This document shows, piece by piece, positions 12,646-23,939 of a stretch of DNA of 64,000 bases. How positions within the stretch are numbered: position 1 is the stretch's first letter; every line of letters starts with the position of its first letter. This DNA comes from Azolla caroliniana. Taxonomy: Eukaryota; Plantae; Polypodiophyta. The notes under the pieces were generated by a model that was given only the letters and a program-made list of their open reading frames with translations, ran no database searches and was not told the origin of the DNA. The position numbers and the translations under genes are program-made. Location of the stretch: the NCBI GenBank assembly GCA_043228905.1, contig JBHGNT010000015.1, positions 9,114,001-9,178,000 of the forward strand, read 5' to 3'.

Positions 12646-14535
12646 TGTGAATCACACACTACGTTTGCAGTGATGAGAAGCTGATAATATTATGAGAGGC
12701 ACACTATGGCATAGTTGGTGAGCATTACGCAGGAGAAATGATAGGTCAAAAGATATGGCAAAGTAGGCTATGGTGGCCAACAAACCAAAAGGACGCAACT
12801 ACATATTGTCGCCAATGCAACCTTTGCCATAATGGGACAACCTTTCGAATCAGCCCACATGCCTCATCAACCGGTTTTGCCTTTGCAGCCTTTTCAAAAA
12901 TGGGGGTTTGATTTTGTCGGACCATTCAAATCGGCGGCAACATGAACTGGGAATCGCTACATTTTGGTTGCTACTAACTACTGTACAAAATGGATTGAGG
13001 CAAAGGCCCTACGAGACAACACAGTGATGTCGATGACCAAATTTTTATATGAAAATATCTGGTGCCGATTCGGATGTCTAATTGAGCTAATTCGTGACCA
13101 ACGGGGGGGGCATTATATTAGCAAAGTAGTATAAGAACGGACGGCTTATTATATGGTCATACACAATAAGAGCACCCCTTATTACCTTCAGGCACACAGG
13201 ATGAAGAAAACACTTTAGAATAACTTGAAAAAGATCCTCGATGAGAACCAAATGGACTGGGATACGAAGCTCCAAAGCACCCTGTGGGCCTACCATACAA
13301 GTTTCAAAACAAGTATCTAGGTGACTCCATTCTGACTCGCGTATGGGCTTGAGTCAGTAATGCCAGTAGAATTTCAAATCCCGAGCTTGCGAGTCCAAGT
13401 CCAGGAACACTTGGGTGAAACAGAGTCAGAACAACACTGGCTTGAAACACTATTAGAACTCGAGGAAGGCCAAATACATAGAATGTGGATCATAGAACTG
13501 GATCCATGCCGGCGAAAAGCATTTGTCGACTACCAATAGAAAGGGAACGCGAAAGCATTCATAGTCAGAAAGACCGTGCTAGTTTTTTAGACATGTATGG
13601 GCCAGATGTCGGGAAAGTTACATAGGCCCAACGCCCTCAGATCCGTTCAAGAAACAACAAAAGGAAGAGGAAGAATCAGTGGGGCCACCTCCAGCAGAAT
13701 CAACCTTGCGGAAGGACCCCACCCCCTATAAATAGAAGGCCTCATTAATGTAAATTTAGTGTATATTACCATTCGTTATATGAAAAAAAGAAAAAAAGAA
13801 AAAAAACATTCTGAGCTATTTAAGACACACTTCATGCAGGTACAATACCCAAGAAAGCAAGTCCAATGTTGTCCACACGTGTGGCACCTCATGGCTCAAA
13901 GAATCTTGGAGTTAGGGTTGCCTACTGAGGCCGAGCAAAAAGAAAATAATGGAAACAAATGACTCATTTCTTACGTAGACAAAGCAGAAGGAGCGCATCG
14001 ATGAAGAACCATTGACCGGCCCTCCCTAGCACTCGAACCTTCACAAATAGATGAAACCCTCGCCACGACGCACAAAATCTCCTCATCCTTGCGACATTAA
14101 AAAGTCACGGCATCGGTGGATACATTAGGGTTGCTAAGGTGCCACTGCACCCAAACACCATGGATGTAGGAATGCAAATAACAACTGATGCGCTCACAAA
14201 TGCGATGATTCGGAAAAAGCTCGGATTGAAGCCCACATGTGAGAGGTTGTTCGATATTCCACTTGCCGAAATTCTAGAAGCTTACTTTGGGGAATACTCT
14301 ATGACAATGAAGGCATATAAGACATAGTCGAGTCCTAATGTCTTTTTCAGAGAGGTCAATAAGTTCCTCCTGGAAGTTGCTTGCGTTCATCCCAAGTCCT
14401 ATGCGATGGCGAAGCAGAAGGCTGGCCTCAGCATCGCCACATACCAAGAGAAGGCGGTAGATTGGGGATTTATCACAGGGGCAGCTTTGCGAGCAGGGAT
14501 CCTTGCCCTCCACAGTTGGAAAAAAGGTATTGTTG
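12646..14535 (+). mobile_element. Decayed gypsy integrase plus extra 3' ORF (relative of the 1659-5916 element)
   Basis: Nucleotide similarity to 3540-4500 (FQKWGFDFVGP, YCTKWIEAKALRDN, MPVEFQIPSLR). The 3' ORF at 14139-14530 is homologous to 5121-5916. Confidence 0.85.
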
Positions 14536-15047
14536 ATTGTGTTGAGAAATCGTTCGGTCAAATACCTAGCAAACTGCTCACTCCTCCTTCCATGCTTGCC
14601 CCTCAAGCTTTGATACCAGTTTGTTGAGAAATCGTTCGGTCAAATCACAATAAACGAACTGTGTTGAAATACGAATCACAAATATGTCAGAAAAACAGGA
14701 CAACAAAGGTGCATAGAGATTTAACGTGGAAACCCTAAAACGGGAGAAAACCACGGGAGTAGAGCTTCACTATGTATAGTGGATATACAACAAAAAAGGT
14801 TACAACATTCATTCGAGTGTATGAGCCACACAGGGCTCTTAGCGTCTGCTATTACGCACACAGCTATGGCGCCGCTCTCACTCACTCTCTGTCTCATACG
14901 CTCTCACACTACTTCTATTCTACTATGCCACTTTTCACGTTTTGCCCTAAGTGTATTTATACTTATACACTATATGGGCTATTTACAAATGTAGCCTCTA
15001 CTACGTATCATTATTATTATTTCTATAATAATAATAGTCGAACTATC

Positions 15048-18000
15048 TGATAGGGTGTATAAGATAATAGATAGTTATACACTATATGAGGGCTTGACCA
15101 AACCGATTAGATGGAGTTGAAAATCATAATATATTATATAGCTCTAGGTAATTATGATTAGAGAGTATAACTCAAGAAACTAAGAAAAAAGATAGAGAAA
15201 GCGAGCAAGAAATAAGAATGTTCTGATATTCCAACATCAAGAGAATACAAAGGAGACAAACTCCACATTGAACTAAAACCAAAGACCTTCCTCTTCTAAG
15301 ACACTTCTTCCTAACACTCCTCATCCACTCTTTTCCTTTACTCTTCCCCCCTTCTCACTAATATCACTTCTTCTTTTATAACCTTCCTCTTCTTATCCAC
15401 GTTCATGCTATTTTTAGAAGCTTTTTATCTCCCTATTTTTAGCTATGACACATCGACCTTCTAATCGTCATATCTCCCTCATCCGATATCCAAATTAAGC
15501 GATTTAAAAAGCTATAGAAAGCTCTTTTTACAAGCTTTCTAATCCATATTTAAACGTGATATTTGGATAAACAACGAGGGAGTTATGACCATTCTATTTT
15601 TACTGTTTTTTATAGTCTGCGTTTTCTCTTTTTACTTTTCTCTTGGTCTCGTACTTTTACTTTTGACTTCTTTCCTAAGGTCTTAGTTCGTGTTCTTATC
15701 CTCAAAAGGTGAATTATCTATACTTTATATTCTCCTAATGTTCAATGGCTTAGATTCTAAAAACACTTTCACATTTAGCCCTCCTCCTTGTTAGAGGCTA
15801 AGCCATTTATGGCGAAGCACTTATTGGCAGTACTTAACAAACAAAAGCTCTCTCGCCAATCTCTTGGCTATAGACAATGAGAGAGATATAATAAAAAGAA
15901 AATAAAAAGATGTGAGTAAAACCCCCGCTAATCGGTAGGAAAAACCTCACATTCTCTACAAATAAAAAAGATAATCACTATTACCATCTTCCTCTTTGTT
16001 AATAGAGAGAAAGATGGGTCTACAATATGGACTATTAAGAAAATAATGTATGGGGAAACAAGTCCACTTCTTGCTCCCATCCATCCGTATCAACAATATC
16101 ATTAGTAACTTGGGGAATATAAGTAGGTCCCCGAGTTACATACTTTTTAAGGTGCCATCCGTTCACTCGATAAGAATGAAGTGCTCCATCCACATCTTTC
16201 AATTGGTAACTTCCGTTGTCATACTTTTTGTGAACCACAAAGGGTCCTTCCCACTTATTATCAAGCTTTTGTCCTTGAATATAATCATATCTATTATCAT
16301 ACCTAAGAACCAATGATCCTTCTTCAATGTGGTTGCCCTTGTGTTTTTTGTCATATGCCTCCTTTCTCTTCATTGCTTGATTTAAGTAATGCTCCACAGC
16401 TTCTTCTCTTGAATATTGTAGTAGATGGTTGCTCGCTAAACGACTCATCACATCATTTCCTTTTGAGCGATGCGATGCCTCCATTAGTCTATTACTTTTG
16501 ATCTCAAGTTCGATCGGAAGTAACGCTTCTTTTCCATAAACCAAATAAAAAGGAGTAAAACCTGTGGAGGATTTATAAGAAACTCTATAAGCCCAAAGAG
16601 TATCATCCAAATACCTATCCCATGTTCTTACTTTGTCTTGCACTAACTTTGTCAAATTCTTCACTATAAGCCCATTCACTTTCTCAACTGCACCATTTGC
16701 TTGAGGATAATAAGGCGTTGAATATCGATGCTTAATCTTCAACTTGCTTAATAGACAAGCTAACATTTCACTCCTAAAACCGGGTCCATGATCGGATACA
16801 ATCTCCATGGGAACTCCAAATCTAGTACAAATATTCTTATACACAAATTGGGCTACATCTTTGGCTTTAATCGAGGAAGTTGCTATAGCTTCCACCCACT
16901 TTGTCATGTAGTCAATGGCCACCAAAATAAACTCTTTACCATGTTGAGTTTTCGGAAGAGGTCCTACTGCATCAATTCCCCATTTCTCGAATGGAGCAAA
17001 CACCACAATGGGTTGTAAAGGTCCACTTTGTAGATGTCTTATTCCCGCTTTTTGACATGCATCACAAGATCTACACCAATCATGCACATCCCTATGGATA
17101 GTAGGCCATGTAAAACCAATTAGTAAAATCTTTCTTATCATTATATCATGGGCTAAATGCCCACCACAAACTTCTTCATGCAACTTAAAGAGTATCTTTA
17201 TAATCTCGCTTTTGTTAGGAACTCTTCGTAAAACTCCATCTTTCCCTTTGTTGTACAAATCTTCACCCACCAAATGATATTGTGAAGCCTTTGCCACCAA
17301 ACGCTTTCTTTGCAAAGCATTGAGGTTATTTGGAAACTCTCCTTTATTAAGAAAATTATGTACTTCCTCTAGGGAGTCTACATCTTTGCACGTCTCCAAA
17401 ACACCAACGAAACCTTCCTTGATCTTATCTAATTGGGCTTGAGCTAATGCATCCGCTTCTTTATTGTATAATCTCCCCACATGCTTAACCTGTATCTTTT
17501 CAAAAGACCTTAGTAGACTCATTGCTTCTTTATAAAAATTTCTAAGCCCATCACTTTGACATTTCCAATTGCCTTGAATTTGTTTAATTACCAATAAGGA
17601 ATCACCCTTAAGAATTAATCTTTTTATCTTCATAGCTTTACATAGACGAAGACCATAACACAAGGTAGCATACTCCGCTTCATTATTTGAATTCACACCA
17701 CTTAATGTAATACCTTCACTTTTTACTCTGTCTCCTTGAGGATCCTTGAGAATAATCCCACCCACGGCTATGTTTGTGGCTTTGCGAAATGCCCCATCAA
17801 AGAATAAGGTGAATGCATCCTCCATATCCGGCTCGGGAAGTGCCTTTCGTAGCTTTACCAAGTCTTCTTCATGAAAGGTTTCTCTAAAGGTGAGAAGATC
17901 CGCCAATTCGGCACGCATAGTTGATTCCAATTTGACTTCAAAATCAAACTCCGCCAATAGTAGAGCCCATTTAGCAATTCGTGCTGAAATGCTCACATGT

Positions 18001-21000
18001 TGGAGTACATATGGGAGTAATGACATGCTAGTGATTATTACAAAATGATGAGGTAGTAGAAAGCTTCTAAACTTTTTACAAGCATATATAAGAGCTAACA
18101 TCCACTTTTCTACTTCTAAGAATTCTTTCTCTACATCAGACATGGCTTTACTAATAAAATATATAGGATGCATAAGTCTATTTTCAGAATCTTGTTGCAT
18201 AAGAATGGCTCCTATAGCATGAGATCCAACACTAAGAGAAAGAAAGAAGGTAGATGTTCTATCAGGTGGCTTTAGAATAGGAGCATTACATAATAGTTCT
18301 TTTATTCTTACATATTGCTCTTCAGTTGTAGATGTCCACAAGAAGTTGTTGGTGCGAAGAATAATGCGAAAAGGATAGAGAATTTGGGCCAACATATGAA
18401 TGAATCGTTCAAAGTAACGAACTTTTTGAACAAATACCTCCAAATCTTTGATACTCGTGGGTGTTGTCATCTTTTGAATTGCTTCAATCTTTGAGCTATC
18501 AACTTTGATTCCTTCTTGAGACACCACATGACCAAGCATCACCACCTCCTTTTCACCTATGTGACACTTCTCTGGGTTGAGTTGCATTTTGCATTCCTCC
18601 AATCTTTTGAATGCCAAGCGAACCTTTTCCAAATGGTCTTTCCTGCTACTATAAATTGCAAAGTCATCCATAAAGACTCTAACAAACTTTCCAAAGAATG
18701 GTTGGAATACATGAATAGCAAGACGATTAAATGTAAAAACAGCATTTGTGAGTCCAAAGGGCATGCATCGATATGCAAAGCATCCCCATGGAGTGATGAA
18801 TGTCGTCTTCTTTTGATCCTCTTCCGCAATACGAATTTGAAAATAACCTGAATAGCCATCACAAACAGAGTACATTTCATGACCCGCAATTTCATCTAAT
18901 ATTTCATCTTGGAAAGGGAGAGGAAAGTGATCCCTCTTGGTAGCCGCATTTAGAGGTTTGTAATCAACACAAACCCTCCATTTTCCATTCTTTTTAGGTA
19001 CCACCACAATGGGCGAAACCCATTCAGAATCTTCCACTGGGTAAATGAATTGTGCACGCAACAAAGCTTTGACTTCCTTTAATAAGGCCTCCTTTTGCAC
19101 GTGACCTAGCCTTCGCAACTTTTGCGCAACGGGAGTTGTACCCTCCTTTAGATTTATGTGATGTTGGATGACATCTACACCCCTAATATGAGCATAATCA
19201 CTAATGAAAAGGTTAGGAAATTCAGAAATCAAATTAATAAATTGTTGCCTCTCTTGCCCTTTAAGATCTTTAGAAATCATCTTCTCTTTTTGCTCCATAG
19301 TAATTAAACCTCTTTCATCATCTTCTTCCTTCAAAACGGCATATGATGTGGTCATTTCCCATTCTGACGAGGAATCTTCACTTTCATCACTTTCATATGC
19401 GGACCCACTATCATATTCAGTTATTCCATCTTCTTCTTTCTCAATAAGTCTTTGTTGCCGCATATCATAATGTATGCTCACTCCTTTTGATGGCGTTATG
19501 GTCATCAAACCTTTGCTCCAATCTTGGACAACATTGAGTTCTTGCATCCATGGTCGTCCTAGTACCAAAGAATATGACGGTCCTTTTAGTGGTATTACAT
19601 GAAAATCCATGGAAATGCTTACCCCAAAACACTTGATGACAACATCCTCCACTATGCCAATGCAATGGACCACTCCACCATCGGCTACAGCCACTCTTGC
19701 CGAAGATGACCTACTTATAGGAATTCCCACTTTGTTTACCACAAATTCAGAAATCAAGCTTACTCTAGCACCACTATCAACCAACGCATCTTTGATGTGA
19801 AACCCTTTGATGGAGACGGGGATGGTGGGTCGTATGTCCTTTCGATCTTCTACTCGCACGATTCCCACATAATGCACAGTCTTCCGACTTTGGCGAATAC
19901 TTGCAAGTCGCCCCCACTCCTTTCGTAATGTGGGAGATAATTGGAGAAGTTGCGGCCATGTTATCCTTGGTCCACTTGAAATCAACTCATGCTTCAAATT
20001 GAAAGCTTCTACACCTTCACCCATAGGAATGTCCTCCATCTTGATCTTTCTTCTAGAGTGTCTCCTTCTCAATTTTTCCTCTTTCTCATTCTCCTTAGAC
20101 TTCTTCTTTTGTCTTGAGGCACTAGATTCTCCTTCAACTTCTTTCTCCTTTTGCGAGGACCTTGTCCTTTTCACAGGAGCTACTTCAAAAGAATTATCAC
20201 TATCATCAATAAAATTAAGAAGATTCACATTATGAGGAATTGTAGGAACCTGAGCCATAGGGAGTGTTACGTTTCCTTCGACTTCATTGTTGTTAGGTCG
20301 TTGTCCATTCCTTTGCACTTGATAAATGCCTCTTCCCATGCCTCTTTGTTGTCGATGAGGACATCTTGTTGAGATGTGTCCCTCCTCTTGACAAGAATAA
20401 CAAATTACACCGTGATGCCCTCTAGAGCCACCACCATCGGGAATAGTGTTGTGAATTGCTTGGGATTGTCGCAAGTGGGTCATCACTTCATCAAAGCGCC
20501 GATTTACCAATGCCATGGTATCTTGTTCACTCCTCACTTGTTCAACTTCTTGGGATATACTTGTTGGGTTTATTGTTGTGGTGGTATACACATTTGGAAA
20601 CACTTGTCCCCCATGCACAATTGAAGATGAGGCTTGAAAGTTGGCACGAGGCATCAAATTTGCACCCAAAGCCGTCATTTGGGGATCCCCCAAGGAGCTC
20701 ATCATCTTCACTTGTCGATCATAAGCTTGACAAACTTGGATAAGAGCTTGAAACGATGTGGGATCCTTCAAGTTTGCTTCCAAACGGAAATACATATCAA
20801 GACCCATCTTGAATCGTTCCATTTTAAACCACTCGTCTTCAGTGCCGCCACGAAGACGAATCCATGTAGTCCACAAATCCTTGAAATTTCTTTCATACTC
20901 AGTGAAACCAATTGGTGATTCCATCTTTAGTCGAAATAGCTCTTCCCTTACTTCGGTTGCACTTCGTCGTCGAATATATTTGGCACGAAACTGGTGCACC

Positions 21001-22008
21001 AACAATTGATATGCTCCCTGTTGGTTTGGAGGAAGAGAGTCATACCAATCTCGAGCTCGACCATAGAATGTAGCTACCAATAAAGGTAACTTCTCATTGT
21101 CGGTGATGCGTCCAATAGAGACAGCATGATGCTCAAAAGATGCCAAAAAGGCACCCGCATCTTGTGTTCTTTCACCTGAAAATGCAAATTGCATAGCTAA
21201 GTTAATGTAATATAGTAACACAATTAAATGATAAGTTCTCCCTCCTATACGGAAAGGATCCGCCCTCCCTGGAGCGCCAAAATGATAGGGTGTATAAGAT
21301 AATAGATAGTTATACACTATATGAGGGCTTGACCAAACCGATTAGATGGAGTTGAAAATCATAATATATTATATAGCTCTAGGTAATTATGATTAGAGAG
21401 TATAACTCAAGAAACTAAGAAAAAAGATAGAGAAAGCGAGCAAGAAATAAGAATGTTCTGATATTCCAACATCAAGAGAATACAAAGGAGACAAACTCCA
21501 CATTGAACTAAAACCAAAGACCTTCCTCTTCTAAGACACTTCTTCCTAACACTCCTCATCCACTCTTTTCCTTTACTCTTCCCCCCTTCTCACTAATATC
21601 ACTTCTTCTTTTATAACCTTCCTCTTCTTATCCACGTTCATGCTATTTTTAGAAGCTTTTTATCTCCCTATTTTTAGCTATGACACATCGACCTTCTAAT
21701 CGTCATATCTCCCTCATCCGATATCCAAATTAAGCGATTTAAAAAGCTATAGAAAGCTCTTTTTACAAGCTTTCTAATCCATATTTAAACGTGATATTTG
21801 GATAAACAACGAGGGAGTTATGACCATTCTATTTTTACTGTTTTTTATAGTCTGCGTTTTCTCTTTTTACTTTTCTCTTGGTCTCGTACTTTTACTTTTG
21901 ACTTCTTTCCTAAGGTCTTAGTTCGTGTTCTTATCCTCAAAAGGTGAATTATCTATACTTTATATTCTCCTAATGTTCAATGGCTTAGATTCTAAAAACA
22001 CTTTCACA
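15048..22008 (-). mobile_element. Full-length, apparently intact Ty3/gypsy (Athila/Tat-like, additional RNase H), 6961 bp
   Basis: LTRs 15048-15773 and 21283-22008 (726 bp each, no mismatch seen by eye). TSD CTATC at 15043-15047 and 22009-22013. PBS TGGCGCTCCAGGGAGGG (tRNA-Arg-like) next to 21283. PPT AAGGAGGAGGG next to 15773. Confidence 0.97.
16035..21194 (-). CDS. Gag-Pol polyprotein: gag, zinc knuckle, protease, RT, degenerate RNase H, archaeal-type RNase H, integrase
   Basis: Uninterrupted ORF with likely start MQFAF at 21194 (the ORF track extends into the LTR). Motifs CYSCQEEGHISTRC, LVDSGA, VFMDD, FFDGA...NNEAEY...GDSLLV...NKEADALA, HEEVCGGH/CRSCDAC, WGIDAVGP, SDHG, NGAVE, WEGPF. Confidence 0.95.
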   Translation of the reverse strand: MQFAFSGERTQDAGAFLASFEHHAVSIGRITDNEKLPLLVATFYGRARDWYDSLPPNQQGAYQLLVHQFRAKYIRRRSATEVREELFRLKMESPIGFTEYERNFKDLWTTWIRLRGGTEDEWFKMERFKMGLDMYFRLEANLKDPTSFQALIQVCQAYDRQVKMMSSLGDPQMTALGANLMPRANFQASSSIVHGGQVFPNVYTTTTINPTSISQEVEQVRSEQDTMALVNRRFDEVMTHLRQSQAIHNTIPDGGGSRGHHGVICYSCQEEGHISTRCPHRQQRGMGRGIYQVQRNGQRPNNNEVEGNVTLPMAQVPTIPHNVNLLNFIDDSDNSFEVAPVKRTRSSQKEKEVEGESSASRQKKKSKENEKEEKLRRRHSRRKIKMEDIPMGEGVEAFNLKHELISSGPRITWPQLLQLSPTLRKEWGRLASIRQSRKTVHYVGIVRVEDRKDIRPTIPVSIKGFHIKDALVDSGARVSLISEFVVNKVGIPISRSSSARVAVADGGVVHCIGIVEDVVIKCFGVSISMDFHVIPLKGPSYSLVLGRPWMQELNVVQDWSKGLMTITPSKGVSIHYDMRQQRLIEKEEDGITEYDSGSAYESDESEDSSSEWEMTTSYAVLKEEDDERGLITMEQKEKMISKDLKGQERQQFINLISEFPNLFISDYAHIRGVDVIQHHINLKEGTTPVAQKLRRLGHVQKEALLKEVKALLRAQFIYPVEDSEWVSPIVVVPKKNGKWRVCVDYKPLNAATKRDHFPLPFQDEILDEIAGHEMYSVCDGYSGYFQIRIAEEDQKKTTFITPWGCFAYRCMPFGLTNAVFTFNRLAIHVFQPFFGKFVRVFMDDFAIYSSRKDHLEKVRLAFKRLEECKMQLNPEKCHIGEKEVVMLGHVVSQEGIKVDSSKIEAIQKMTTPTSIKDLEVFVQKVRYFERFIHMLAQILYPFRIILRTNNFLWTSTTEEQYVRIKELLCNAPILKPPDRTSTFFLSLSVGSHAIGAILMQQDSENRLMHPIYFISKAMSDVEKEFLEVEKWMLALIYACKKFRSFLLPHHFVIITSMSLLPYVLQHVSISARIAKWALLLAEFDFEVKLESTMRAELADLLTFRETFHEEDLVKLRKALPEPDMEDAFTLFFDGAFRKATNIAVGGIILKDPQGDRVKSEGITLSGVNSNNEAEYATLCYGLRLCKAMKIKRLILKGDSLLVIKQIQGNWKCQSDGLRNFYKEAMSLLRSFEKIQVKHVGRLYNKEADALAQAQLDKIKEGFVGVLETCKDVDSLEEVHNFLNKGEFPNNLNALQRKRLVAKASQYHLVGEDLYNKGKDGVLRRVPNKSEIIKILFKLHEEVCGGHLAHDIMIRKILLIGFTWPTIHRDVHDWCRSCDACQKAGIRHLQSGPLQPIVVFAPFEKWGIDAVGPLPKTQHGKEFILVAIDYMTKWVEAIATSSIKAKDVAQFVYKNICTRFGVPMEIVSDHGPGFRSEMLACLLSKLKIKHRYSTPYYPQANGAVEKVNGLIVKNLTKLVQDKVRTWDRYLDDTLWAYRVSYKSSTGFTPFYLVYGKEALLPIELEIKSNRLMEASHRSKGNDVMSRLASNHLLQYSREEAVEHYLNQAMKRKEAYDKKHKGNHIEEGSLVLRYDNRYDYIQGQKLDNKWEGPFVVHKKYDNGSYQLKDVDGALHSYRVNGWHLKKYVTRGPTYIPQVTNDIVDTDGWEQEVDLFPHTLFS

Positions 22009-22191
22009 CTATCAAACAGTCGACTCAATATTTTCGACTCTTCGACTATCGGCTTTCGGAACAGTCGGATCTTCCCTGTCTTCGATTGAAGGCACTCCTT
22101 GGTCCGATCAGTCGGCTCCTCGTAGTCATCGACTATCAGCAACGTCTGGACAGTCGGTTCCTCCTCCCACTGGAGGGACACATTCCCAACA

Positions 22192-23905
22192 AACTCCCCC
22201 TTCACTCCCGTGGGAGGAAGTCAGTCAATCCTGTCTTTTGTCGACAAACTTTGAGTCTATCCATAGGCAGGTTCGTCCTCAGCATGTCGGATCCATTGTC
22301 GTCAGTATGGATCTTCACCAAGGAAAACTCTCCTTCTTCGACTCTCTCCTGCAACTAGTGATACCTTCTCTGTATATGCTTGGTCCGGGAGTGGTATGCA
22401 ACATTCTTGGCAAGATGTATGGCACTCTGGCTATCACAGTGAAGCAAGAGCTCCTTTTGCTTCATCCCTAATTCGGTGAGAAAACTTCACATCCAGATCA
22501 TCTCTTTGCCGGCCTCTACCGCTGCCATATACTCTGCCTTTGTAGTCGACAAACCTACAGACTTCTGCAATCGTGACTGCCACGACACTGCTCCCCTTGC
22601 ATAGGTCATCGCGTACACTGACGTGGATAGGCTCGAGTCGACATCTCCCGACATGTTTGAGACGGTAAAACCTTCCAACATAGGTTTTCCGACACCATAC
22701 CTTAGGCATACCCCCGAGGTGCCCTTTAAGTACCTGAGTATCCACTTCATTGCTGCCCAGTGTTCTCTCCCTGAATTACTCATGTATCAGCTTACTGCTC
22801 CTACAACAAATGCTATGTCTGGTCTCGTATAGACCATAGCATACATTAGACTGCCAACGGCCGAGGAATATGGTACCTTCCTCATCCCGACCTTTTCCTT
22901 CTCCCCTTTCGGGCACTGCTTCGCATTCAATCTGCAATTTGTCGGCAACATTGAGCCAACCGGCTTTGCATCTGACAGGTTAAATATCTCTAGGATCTTC
23001 GTCACATACTTCTGTTGTGACAACCATAGCAGCTTTTGAGTTCTGTCTCAAACTATGTGCATTCCTAAGATCTGTTTAGCCGGTTCAAGGTCTTTCATGG
23101 CAAATGATTTGCCGCTTGAGCTTTCTTCAAGCTTCCAATCTTCCTTGTATCTTGATTCACTATCAACAGGTCATCAACATATAGCAAGAGAATCAAGAAG
23201 CCTCCTTCTTCGTACCTTTTGACGAACACAAAGTGATCGGCCTGTGTTTTCTGGAACCAATGTTCCATCATGAAGGACTCGAACTTCTTGTACCATTGGC
23301 GCGGAGCTTGTTTCAGACCATACAAGTTTTTCTTCAGTCGACACACTAGATTCTCTTTCCCTTTCTCCTCAAAGCCTTCGGGTTGCTGCATATAGATTTC
23401 TTCTTCTAGTTCCCCGTGTAGAAATGCGGTTTTGACATCCAACTGTTCGATCTCCAAATCCATACTAGCCGCTATACTCAGAACATTTCGAATGAATGTC
23501 ATCTTCACAACTGGTGCAAATATTTCATCAAAGTCGATGCCCTTTTTCGGTTGAAAACCCTTCACCGTTATGCGGGCTTTATACCTGGGCTCACTGTTGG
23601 CTTCTCCAGTCTTCACTTTGTAGACCCACTTATTTCTTAGTGCTCTCTTACCTTTCGGCAGCTCTACCAGGTTGTAGGTGTAATTCTCGTGCAAGGATTC
23701 CAACTCATCTTGCATCGCGCTCAGTCATTTCACTCTGTGCACATCGGCAATGGATTCTTCATAGCACTCCGGTTCACCTTCATCAGTCAAGAGGATGTAT
23801 TGACTGACATATGTAGTCAGTGTTTTCCTCTCCCTGAGTGGGTATCTTCTTCCACTCATTGTTGGCTCACTTTCAGATGTCTCTCGCCACTAACCGGGCC
23901 TTGTA
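22192..23905 (-). mobile_element. Decayed copia RT/RNase H
   Basis: ORFs 23095-23715 (LDVKTAFLHG, LYGLKQAPRQWY, YVDD), 22787-23023 and 22487-22783. Confidence 0.92.
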
Positions 23906-23939
23906 CCAGTTAACCAAACCGTCGACACTGTACTTTACC

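Larger units (their letters stand above)
14622..22191 (-). repeat. Copia LTR split by the gypsy insertion (parts 14622-15047 and 22009-22191)
   Basis: TGTTGAG...CCCAACA ends. PPT at 22192-22205 on one side and PBS-Met (gctttgatacca, 14607-14618) on the other. Confidence 0.8.

Noticed and set aside
18660-18680. FMDD instead of YxDD in RT as a sign of inactivity or novelty
   Set aside because: VFMDD/VFLDD is normal for Athila-like non-chromovirus gypsy RTs.
21195-21317. N-terminal extension of the 1760-aa ORF
   Set aside because: It runs through the PBS into the LTR from a non-ATG start. The plausible start is MQFAF at 21194.
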